From the NCBI RefSeq assembly GCF_006345805.1, contig NW_021824911.1, forward strand, positions 1 to 17,099: a DNA stretch of 17,099 nt. Reading direction: 5' to 3'. The number at the start of each line of letters is the position of its first letter. Position 1 is the first letter of the stretch. Both the position numbers and the translations under genes were made by a program. The notes beneath the pieces were generated by a model. The model was not told the origin of the DNA, ran no database searches, and saw only the letters and a program-made list of their open reading frames with translations. The DNA comes from Octopus sinensis (taxonomy: Eukaryota). Below are positions 1 to 8,487 of the stretch, piece by piece.

Positions 1-333
1 AAGCAAATAGCAAGGCCATGTAGAGGGACATGGAGTTATGTACAGGGAGGGTGTTCATGCAAAGAGTTCAGGCCATTTCTGGTCAAGAGAGACTTTGAAC
101 CGAGCGGTCGTTGGCATCTTCACCATCTCGTCTGGCAGCTTGTTCCACGGATCCGCAACCCGGACGGAGAAAGCTCCTCTCCTTCGATTGAGATGAAATC
201 GTCGCAAATAGAGCTTTTTGGAGTGACCCCGCAGCCGACGCTCTGGAGCAAGAGTGAAGAACAGCTCTTTCGAGAGGTTACACTTTCCGCTTATGATGTT
301 GTGGGCGAGAATGAGATCACCACGGCGTCGTCG
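1..333 (-). mobile_element. CR1/L2-clade LINE 3' end, 5'-truncated; runs off the window start
   Basis: Reverse complement reads RRRRGDLILAHNIISGKCNLSKEL...RRFHLNRRRGAFSVRVADPWNKLPDEMVK, the typical CR1/L2 ORF2 C-terminus. About 90% identical by eye to 598-924. Confidence 0.8.
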
Positions 334-346
334 TTTTTCAAGAGAA

Positions 347-567
347 TGGCGGCATTTCGTTTGTCTTTACGTTCCGAGTTCAAATCACGCCGAGATCCAC
401 TTCACCTTACTTCCTGTCGAGATCGATGATTCCGTTTGCATGGAGGAAAGCTGGCGTAATCGTTACCGCGTAGGACAAAATACTTGGCGGCATTTCGTTT
501 GTCTTTACGTTCCGAGTTCAAATCAAACCGAGATCCACTTCACCTTACTTCCTGTCGAGATCGATGA
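347..567 (+). repeat. Two 83-bp direct repeats (347-429, 485-567) of a diverged SINE-A-like fragment
   Basis: tggcggcatttcgtttgtctttacgttccgagttcaaatca...gagatcgatga occurs twice with period 138 and contains the B-box-like gagttcaaatc. Confidence 0.8.
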
Positions 568-597
568 AATAAGTACCTGTTGAGCACAGAAGCTGAG

Positions 598-960
598 GCC
601 GTGGTGATCCTCATTCTCGCTCACAACATCATAAGCGGAAAGTGTAACCTCTCGAAAGAGCTGTCCTTCACTCTTGCTCCAGAGCGTCGGCTGCGGGGTC
701 GCACCGAAAAGCTCTATCTGCGACGATTTCATCTCAATCGAAGGAGAGGGGCTTTCTCTGTCCGGGTTAAGAATCCGTGGAATAAGCTGCCGGACGAGAT
801 AGTGAAGAAGCCGACGACCGCTCGGTTCAAAGTCTCCCTTGACCACAAGTGGCCTGAACTCTTTACATGAACACCACCCTGTACGTAACTCCATGTCCCC
901 CTACATGGTCTTGCTTTTTTGCTTTTTGAGCCAAAAAGTTAACTAACTAACTAACTTAAC
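598..960 (+). mobile_element. CR1/L2-clade LINE 3' end (ORF2 C-terminus, 3' UTR, (TAAC)n tail)
   Basis: ORF 580-870 ends ...RRFHLNRRRGAFSVRVKNPWNKLPDEIVKKPTTARFKVSLDHKW, matching the CR1/L2 motif F/SxRVxxxWNxLP...FKxxLD. Short tandem tail aactaactaactaac near 940-956. Confidence 0.8.
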
Positions 961-1012
961 CCTTTCCCTGGCTTTGAGCTAAAATTTGGAATCAATAATT
1001 TTTCCATTAACA

Positions 1013-1225
1013 AGGTGGAGAGCTAATAGAATCGTTACCTCTCCGGACAAAATACTTAGTGGCATTTCATCAATCTTAATGTTCTGTGTTCAAATTCTGC
1101 AAGGACAACTTTGCATTTCATCCTTTCGGGGCTGATAAAGTAAGTACCAGCTGAATACTGAAGGGCGATGTAATCGAATAGCGCTCTCCTTTAAATTGCC
1201 GATCTTGTACCCAAATTTCAAACTA
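1013..1225 (+). mobile_element. Old, diverged SINE-A-related copy
   Basis: Degenerate head gagctaatagaatcgttacc, B-box gttcaaattc, and core tttcatcctttcggggctgataaagtaagtaccag. Confidence 0.6.
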
Positions 1226-1280
1226 ATATTTCCGCTAATCTTCTGGCAAAAATTATCTCATAAAACATAAAAGAAAGCAT

Positions 1281-1788
1281 AACTGGTACTTCATTTATCG
1301 ACCCTGAAAGGATGAAAGCCAAAGTCGACCTCGGTGGAATTTGAACTCAGAACATAACAGCAGACGAAATACCTATTTCTTTATTACCCACAAGGGCTAA
1401 ACACAGAATGGAGAAACAAGGACAGACAAACGGATTAAGCCGATTATATCGACCCCAGTGCGTAACTGGTCCTTAATTTATCGACCCCGAAAGGATGAAA
1501 GCCAAAGTCAACCTCGGTGGAATTTGAACTCAGAACCTAGCGACAGACGAAATACCTATTTCATTACTACCCACAAGGGGCTAAACACAGAGGGGACAAA
1601 CAAGGACAGACAAACGGATTAAGTCGATTATATTGACCCCAGTGCGTAACTGGTACTTATTTAATCGACCCCGAAAGGATGAAAGGCAAAGTCGACCTCG
1701 GCGGAATTTGAACTCAGAACATAGCGGCAGACGAAATGTTGCTAAACATTTCGCCCGGCGAGCTAACGATTCTGCCAGCTCATCGCCT
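1281..1788 (-). mobile_element. SINE-A array: tRNA-like head, two ~183-bp units and a partial third
   Basis: The minus strand begins aggcgatgagctggcagaatcgttagc. Unit junctions (plus strand aatacc|tatttc) lie near 1373 and 1556, and each unit has the B-box gagttcaaattcc. Confidence 0.85.
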
Positions 1789-1793
1789 TACAT

Positions 1794-2187
1794 ACTCTTT
1801 TATTTGTTTCAGTCATTTGACTGTGGCCATGCTAGAGCAACGCCTTTAGTCGAGCAAATCGACCCCAGGACTTATTCTTTGTAAGCCTAGTACTTATTCT
1901 ATCGGTCTCTTTTCCGAACCGCTACGTTACGAGGACGTTAATACACCAGCATCGGTTGTCAAGCGATGTTGAGGGGACAAACACAGACACACAAACATAC
2001 ACACATACATATATACATATATACGACGGGCTTCTTTCAGTTTCCGTCTACCAAGTCCACTGACAAGGCTTTGGTCGGCCCGAGGCTATAGTAGAAGACA
2101 TTTGCCCAAGGTGCCACGCAGCGGGACTGAACCCAGAACCATGTGGCTGGTAAGCAAGCTACTTACCACACAGCCACTCCTGCGCCT
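1794..2187 (-). mobile_element. SINE-B, full length (subfamily B1)
   Basis: Head aggcgcaggagtggctgtgtggtaag, internal TA/TG microsatellite and tail gactgaaacaaataaaagag. Collinear with the copies at 2646, 14495, 14915 and 15473. Confidence 0.85.
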
Positions 2188-2340
2188 GAGATTCTGTCTA
2201 CCACATACAGACCTGAGGCGTTGATCGGCCTGGAGGCAATAGTAGACGATATTTGTCACAATGTGACGCGCAGCGGAAATGAACACGAGATCACCTCGTT
2301 GAAAAGCAAGCTTCATAACCACCCAGCCACGCACCAGGAC
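2188..2340 (-). mobile_element. Old, diverged SINE-B-like 5' fragment
   Basis: Reverse complement ggtgcgtggctgggtggttatgaagcttgc...ggtagacag aligns loosely with the SINE-B head. Confidence 0.5.
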
Positions 2341-2370
2341 ATTCCTTTTATTCAGTTTTATTCACACTCA

Positions 2371-3160
2371 TCTCTCTCTATATAAACGGCAGTTTGTCTG
2401 TCTGCGTGTCTGTGTGTCTGTTAGGTTGTACCCTCACCCTGACCACGGCTTTCAACCGATTCTGATGAAACTTGACGCACACACAGCCCAATGTCATAAT
2501 TCAAAACTAACGCAGCGAAAATTTTGAAAAGTTCCCCCAGTTCTGAAAAAGATCGATAAATTCGACATGGGGGTCGAGAATCAGAAACACAAACCACAGA
2601 CTGTCTAGGGGACGCAACTCGACCTTTTTAACTCTCAAAAAAAATTTACTCTCTTTACTCTTTTACTCTTTTACTTGTTTCAGTCATTTGACTGCGGCCA
2701 TGCTGGAGCACCGCCTTTAGTCGAGCAAATCGACCCCGGGACTTATTCTTTGTAAGCCCAGTACTTATTCTATCGGTCTCTTTTGCCGAACCGCTAAGTG
2801 ACGGGGACGTAAACACACCAGCATCGGTTGTTAAGCAATGCTAGGGGGACAACACAGACACACAAACATATACACACACACTTATATATATATACATATA
2901 TACGACAGGCTTCTTTCAGTTTCCGTCTACCAAATCCACTCACAAGGCATTGGTTGGCCCGGGGCTATAGCAGAAGACACTTGCCAAGATGCCACGCAGT
3001 GGGACTGAACCCGGAACCATTGGGTTGGCTAGCAAGCTACTTACCACACAGCCACCATCATTTTCTTCCATCTTTCTGCTATTTTTTGGCTATAACTCTC
3101 TAAAAATGCTTTATAGTTATTTCCCTTACAAACCCGAGCAACGCCGGGCGATACTGCTAG
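2371..3160 (+). mobile_element. Non-autonomous Helitron with a nested SINE-B
   Basis: A|TCtctctctatataaac at the 5' end; hairpin cccgagcaacgccggg (3133-3148) followed by CTAG|T at the 3' end; no TSD. This is the canonical Helitron signature. Confidence 0.8.
2646..3055 (-). mobile_element. SINE-B (subfamily B2) nested in the Helitron
   Basis: Collinear with other B copies; (aaaagagt)n tail; lacks the first ~10 bp of the head. Confidence 0.85.
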
Positions 3161-3426
3161 TTAATTATAATTGACAATATTTCCGTCGACAGTAACCAAT
3201 CTATGCAACAAATTCCATTGATTTATGAAGTGTGACAACCTCTCATTCAAACAGCTTTAAATGCTTGTTCGGAGTTTTTTTCCAACTGATTCTCACAGCA
3301 TTATTTTTATTGAAACCGTTTATATTGTTTCGAAAGTTCAATCTTGTCTGGTTATCGATTACTTCATGATTGATTACCTGAAATTCGGAGCAAGAATTTA
3401 TCGTTTTTTTTTATATCTTTGAATTC

Positions 3427-3636
3427 TTTCATTCATTCATTGAACTGAGGTCATGCTGGGGCATCGCCTTCAATGGATTTTAGACGCTACCTGTTGTTTT
3501 TAAAGTCTAGTACTTCTATCGGTTTCTTTTTGCGAAACCTCCGAGATATGAGAACATAAACAAGCCAATATTGGTTGAGATATGGTGGTGATGGTGGTGG
3601 AAAAAATAGACACACGCACACACTCACACACATACA

Positions 3637-3709
<73 letters not shown>
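3427..3709 (-). mobile_element. Old SINE-B-like 3' half ending in a (CA)n/(TA)n microsatellite
   Basis: catgctggggcatcgcc and agtacttctatcggtttctttttgcgaaacc resemble the B tail; the microsatellite spans about 3612-3709. Confidence 0.55.
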
Positions 3710-3714
3710 CAATA

Positions 3715-3935
3715 ATAACAGAGGGTAAAATTAATTAATTAAGAAGTAATCAATAATTTCACCAAGTAGAATTCGGCATGAAAGAAAGGACCATTTCATG
3801 GTAAACTTATGTAATACTTAATAAATAGGGTTCAGCAAAGATTTGCTTTACCATATACCAAAGTTTAGAAATAGCAGCCAGAAAACGTTAGCTATTTCCT
3901 CTACTTTAAAAAGGGACTCTCAGAAAAACCACAAT
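3715..3935 (+). repeat. Unclassified TA-microsatellite-associated interspersed repeat, homologous to 5950-6170
   Basis: Shared blocks with 5950-6170: agggt..aattaatt, aatttcacc.agtaga, ttagaaatagca.cc, ctatttcctctact. Confidence 0.55.
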
Positions 3936-3940
3936 ACTTG

Positions 3941-4094
3941 AACAAGCTTGCTTCCCAACCGCAAGGCTTCAGGTTCAGCCCCGCTGCGTGGCACAGTGGG
4001 CAAGTGTCTTCTACAACAGCCACGGGCCGACCAAAACCTTGTGAGTAGATTTGGTGGACGGAAACTGAAAGAAGCCTATCGTTTATGTATATAT
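3941..4094 (+). mobile_element. Old SINE-B-like 5' half; its 3' half resumes at 5113-5310
   Basis: agcttgcttcccaacc...gggcaagtgtcttctac...acggaaactgaaagaagcc followed by a TA repeat. Confidence 0.7.
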
Positions 4095-4341
4095 ATATAT
4101 AAAAAGGAAATGAAGAAAATGCTGACAAAATAATTTAAGTAAGGGAGAGTGTATTTAATTAGGTGAAAGTTCTTTTTACCGGTTGCGCCTATCAGAAAGG
4201 AACTCTATCTCTCTTAAAAATATATCTTTTGATAAGCATAACAAATGCGCAACCGTAAAAAGAACTTTCACCTAATTAAATACACTCTCCCTTACTTAAA
4301 TTATTTTGTCAGCATTTTCTTCATTTCCTTTTTTTATATAT
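4095..4341. repeat. Fold-back element with ~94-bp near-perfect inverted arms and a 58-bp spacer
   Basis: 4095-4188 is the reverse complement of 4247-4341 apart from one indel and the poly-A length; flanked by TA repeats. Confidence 0.9.
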
Positions 4342-4372
4342 CACAACTCGTGTTCCACATCTCCTTTTTTTA

Positions 4373-4454
<82 letters not shown>

Positions 4455-5112
4455 CGAGGGGAAGCCAAAAATTACCCGCACTTTCGCCATAACATATCTT
4501 TATTGTTCTCACATTGCTTTCTGCGCATGCGTACTTATGGTTGGTACTGCTGTGGTTACGTGATGGAAGTTTGAACCCGATGGCGCCATTTTCTTTTTCT
4601 GGCTTTACAGTGTAAGCATGGCCGCTCCACTACAAATGCGCACCAAAAAAGAATAAAGAGAAGCGATCCGATTTTTCTCTGGTTGGAAAGTTTATCAGAT
4701 GCTGAAATTCATCGGAGGCTTTTAGCACAGTACGGGGACAGTGTCCTACCGCATTGAAATGTGTATGAATGGCTCGTGAAGTTAAAAAGTGAACGGACAA
4801 GCGGAACGCACGAAGATGGTGCAGGACGCCCGTCTGTCTCCACCACTGAGGAGACGCTTCAGAAAGCTCGTGAAACGGTTCACCATTACCATCTCTCGGA
4901 TCACTGCGTTTTGTCCTTCTTTGGTGCACATTGCTGGTGGAGAGGTCATGTTTACACTGCAAAGCTGGAAAGAAAAACGGTGCGATCAGGCTCTAACTTA
5001 GATCACTTGACCACAATAGTACCAAATATAAGCAAGCATGCGCAGAAGGTAATGTGACTGTAAAAAAGATATGTTATGGCGAAAGTGCAGATAATTTTTT
5101 TACTTCCCCTCG
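4455..5112 (+). mobile_element. Internally deleted mariner (Tc1/mariner) element with a degenerate transposase N-terminus
   Basis: TA-cgagggg...cccctcg termini and imperfect inverted repeats of about 120 bp. Frameshifted remnant AEIHRRLLAQYGDSV / VYEWLVKLKSERTSGTHEDGAGRPSVSTTEETL matches the mariner HTH DNA-binding region. No DD34D domain. Confidence 0.85.
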
Positions 5113-5308
5113 TGTGTGTGTGTGTGCGTGTCCTACACCGGTGTTGGTGTTTTTACTTCCCCATAACTTATCAGTTCAGCATAAGGGAACGATAGAATCA
5201 GTACCAGGCTTTAAAATATGCATGGGGGTCGTTTCATTCGACTAAAATCTTCCAAAGGTAGTGCGCCAGCATGGCTGCAGTTTAATGCCTAAAACAAGGA
5301 AGGATAGA

Positions 5309-5310
<2 letters not shown>
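5113..5310 (+). mobile_element. 3' half of the old SINE-B-like copy that starts at 3941
   Basis: (TG)n, then gatagaatcagtaccagg...ggggtcgtttcattcgact...ccagcatggctgcag, which resembles the B tail. Confidence 0.65.
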
Positions 5311-5355
<45 letters not shown>

Positions 5356-5614
5356 GATATGATATCAAATAGTAGGACTACTACTACCTGCTGCTCACTG
5401 CTTAGAACTCACATGAGTAAAAGAATGTGGACAGAGACAGACAGATAAACGGAAAATGTCCCTTTCATTTGAAAACTATGGAAATATTTTTAAAGAATTA
5501 AAATATGTATAAATATACATATCAAAATGAAATAATGAACCAAACAACTTCGGAATGATATCCTCCTCTAACAACGAAATCCAATAAAATCGATAACAGA
5601 TAACAACCAATAGA

Positions 5615-5754
5615 ATATATATATCTTCTATCCTTCACTTGTTTTAGTCATTAAACTTCAGCCATGCTGGCGCACTACCTTTGGAAGATTTTAGTCGAAT
5701 GAAACGACCCCCATGCATATTTTAAAGCCTGGTACTGATTCTATCGTTCCCTTA
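5615..5754 (-). repeat. Inverted local duplicate of 5182-5320
   Basis: Reverse complement differs from 5182-5320 at about 3 positions and shares its private variants. Confidence 0.9.
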
Positions 5755-5915
5755 AAATATTCATTTAATTTTTCCACAGTTTAATTGTTTTTCGTGCTTT
5801 ACTCCAAGTTGGAAAATTAGCAAAGACTGAAACCGGTACTAAAATGTTCTTCATGATAAAATTATTTTAGCATTTTCTACCTTGTCTTATTTTTCTTATA
5901 TATATATATTTTCCT

Positions 5916-5946
<31 letters not shown>

Positions 5947-5949
5947 CTA

Positions 5950-6276
5950 AATAAAGGGTGGAATATAATTAATTTAATAAAATTAATCAATTTCACCTAG
6001 TAGATTTATCGGTATGGAAAAGACCATATTTGGTAAGGGTTATAATAATTATAATTAAGGGTTAATTGCAACAAGTTGCTCAAAACCACATACCGAAAAT
6101 ATTAGAAATAGCAACCAAAACTGATCACTATTTCCTCTACTAATAAAAAGTCTCCACAAACAAACAGAATCTGACTTTTTATTAGTAGAGGAAATAGTGA
6201 TCAATTTTGACTGCTATTTCTAATATTTTCGGTATGTGTTTTGAGCAACTTGTTGCAATTAACCCTTAATTATAAT

Positions 6277-6283
<7 letters not shown>
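5950..6283. repeat. Unclassified TA-flanked repeat ending in a fold-back (arms 6041-6152 and 6173-6283)
   Basis: About 111-bp arms with about 4 differences and a 20-bp spacer. The linear part is homologous to 3715-3935. Confidence 0.85.
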
Positions 6284-6339
<56 letters not shown>

Positions 6340-6348
6340 CTATAATTA

Positions 6349-6404
<56 letters not shown>

Positions 6405-6516
6405 CATATATACATATATATATATTATATATATATATATATAATATATATATACATACATATATATATATATATATAATATTTATATTATATATATATA
6501 TATATAATATATATAT
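6281..6516. repeat. Long imperfect (TA)n microsatellite; shorter TA tracts at about 4372-4454, 5311-5350, 5897-5942, 6742-6763 and 6858-6918
   Basis: Directly visible. Confidence 0.95.
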
Positions 6517-6858
6517 AACCTGGTGGTGGTTACCGCCCGTTGACAACGGACAAACCATCCCGAAACTAGTCCGAGCGTATCACTCAGGCTTGCGAGGAAG
6601 GGATGGCCTCCCTTTGCAAATATTTCAAGGGCACTGATATGGTGTCTAAAGCCAGCTAGAGACGACGATCTCTTGGGGCTATAAAGCTACAGTAACACCC
6701 CCTCCCCTATGTGGTTAGCCATGATAAGATGGCTTCTATATTTTATATATATATATATATATATTGGTAAAAACGGTAAGATAACAAAAGAAAGAAAGAG
6801 ACCTCAATATTATGTAAATAGAGGAATTTATCTGTAAAAATAATGTGACAATTTTTGT

Positions 6859-6910
<52 letters not shown>

Positions 6911-6975
6911 TATATATAAAGTATGTGTATGTATATGTGGTGGTTGTATACTCCTTATGGCAGACTTTGACCACC

Positions 6976-7118
6976 TCCTGTACGTCTACACCTTAACACC
7001 ATCATGGCATCTGATGTGGCTTTTTAAACCAGACAATGTTCTGAGATGATATCCACATAGATTGCACCTCCGATTTGGACCACAAAGAGCCTCAGATAAG
7101 TTCTGCTCTTTGTGGATC
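6976..7118 (-). ncRNA. Candidate H/ACA-box RNA (unconfirmed)
   Basis: On the minus strand: hairpins, H-box-like AGAACA (7037-7042), a 55-nt hairpin with an internal loop, then ACA plus 3 nt (ACA at 6979-6981). The upper stem ends 15 nt before ACA. The 5' hairpin is non-canonical and no target was identified. Confidence 0.3.
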
Positions 7119-7338
7119 TTAAAATTCACAAAAAAGTGAACAAATTTTTAGGAGGAGCGATACGCCCCCAAGCAACAATTCTCAGAATAAGTGAGAAAAA
7201 ATATTCACATAACGTGAACCATTTTTGCTCAACAGCAGGCAGACCAGGGTTTATAATCCAGTGAGGACTTCTTGCTTGTACAAAAATCATTACCACAAAC
7301 AACAAACACCCACTGGACCCTAAAAACAAAAGTCTTAC

Positions 7339-7445
7339 CTTGCAATTGAGCTTTTTTCACCAGCTGTACACAGCTTCGCTACTTCATTCGGTGATACGCA
7401 CAACGCTAACAACAACGCATGCGCACACTGACAAACGCATGCGCA
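7339..7445 (-). promoter_or_regulatory. Putative promoter and non-coding first exon with a splice donor
   Basis: Two ACGCATGCGCA (NRF1-like) motifs 20 bp apart (7415-7425, 7435-7445) in CpG-rich unique DNA; strong donor AAG|GTAAGA at 7339/7338 on the minus strand. Confidence 0.35.
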
Positions 7446-7464
7446 GTGGGCAGTAGGCTTCTGG

Positions 7465-7501
7465 GAAAGAAGCTTCTTACCACACGGCCACGCCTGCGCC
7501 T
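7465..7501 (-). mobile_element. SINE-B-like head fragment (A-box only)
   Basis: Reverse complement aggcgcaggcgtggccgtgtggtaagaagcttc. Confidence 0.6.
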
Positions 7502-7642
7502 ATAATCTGTTAAATTTTTAATCTTCAATTCGTCTTAAGCTTTAACAAACCTTTACCTTTATTTCATTAATTAGTTTTAATAATTTCTTCTAAGACTCTT
7601 TTGAATTTCGCCTCCCAATAAAAACCCAGGTATGGTGTGGGT

Positions 7643-7879
7643 GCTCGAAGACGAACTACAATCAATAGTTTTAGTCTCTTTTTAATTATCATCTTTGCGT
7701 ATTTACTTTTCCAATTTATTTTTTGAAAATATTCCTCCACTTTCTTTTCATGCTTAATATTTATTATTTATTATTTTTTTTTGTATTTTCAAATTTAAAA
7801 AAAATTTTGTATTTAATCATTATAATATTTCACACTTGTTTCTTTTATTTCCTTATATTTTTTTATTGCACTTTTCTGC
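7643..7879 (+). repeat. ~237-bp AT-rich direct repeat; second copy at 8488-8728
   Basis: gctcgaagacgaactac...gcacttttctgc appears twice, differing by a few substitutions and homopolymer lengths. Confidence 0.9.
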
Positions 7880-7969
7880 AGTTGCTCACTGGGGTCAATG
7901 TAATGAACTTCCTCCTCATCCCAGAAACTATTGGTGCTCTGCCAAGGTATGAAACAATTTTTATCATAT

Positions 7970-8346
7970 CTAGCAGTATCGCCCGACGTTGTTCGGGTTT
8001 GTTTCGACCCTTTGGAATTGGAATTTTTGAAAAGTAAAACTTTTGCATTATGTAGCTTGTTATTCTCTTTAAGTGAACATTTTTCTGGTTGAAATACACC
8101 GAAAAGTGGCAACACAGCAGTCAAAATATCATAAAAGATAGGGATTTTTTCATAGAAAAAAAAGCACCTTTTTGATGTAAACAAGGTCCAATTTGAATTT
8201 TTTCTTCTACAGAAGGAAGAGCAAGCCTTCTTCTATCATACTATCAATTTTGGTCAACTTGCGTCGCAGGGTCTTGGAGGAGATAGTGTTAGTTAAAGGC
8301 TACCAAACCTGCCACACACAGACAACTTCAGCTTTATATATATAGA
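7970..8346 (-). mobile_element. Complete 377-bp non-autonomous Helitron
   Basis: The minus strand starts TCtatatatataaagctg and ends with hairpin cccgaacaacgtcggg followed by cgatactgCTAG. Confidence 0.8.
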
Positions 8347-8487
8347 CTAGTAGTATCGCCCGGCGTTGCTCGGGTTTGTTTTGACCCTTTAGAATTGGAA
8401 TTTTTGAAAAGTAAAAATTTTGCCTTATGTAGCTTGTTATTCTCTTTAAGTGAACAGTTTTCTGGTTGAAATACACCGAAAAATGGC
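8347..8487 (-). mobile_element. 3'-terminal 141 bp of a second Helitron copy, fused head-to-tail to the first
   Basis: Matches 7970-8110 with about 9 substitutions. Minus-strand junction: gatactaCTAG|TCtatatat. Confidence 0.85.

Noticed and set aside
193-894. ORFs 193-429, 254-583 and 523-894
   Set aside because: Antisense or off-frame readings of the CR1 fragments and SINE pieces.
1281-1788. Regular ~184-bp periodicity as a CRISPR array
   Set aside because: The whole unit repeats with no unique spacers, there are no cas genes, and the context is eukaryotic.
4165-4200. Hammerhead-like string on the minus strand (ctgataggcgcaaccggtaaaaag)
   Set aside because: About three indels are needed to restore the core and stem II.
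6519-6730. GC-richer island between TA tracts
   Set aside because: Probably a fragment of an interspersed repeat, but no ORF, termini or second copy supports a call.
7126-7329. 67-aa minus-strand ORF as an exon
   Set aside because: Non-ATG start and no recognisable family; the only nearby donor would give a 19-nt intron.
6976-7340. Telomerase RNA or RNase MRP interpretation (AAGTCCTCA could pair with TGAGGCT like a P4 helix; H/ACA-like end)
   Set aside because: No 1.5-repeat telomeric template, no P6.1-type loop and no GARAR loop. The TGAGGCT is also partly sequestered in a stronger local hairpin.
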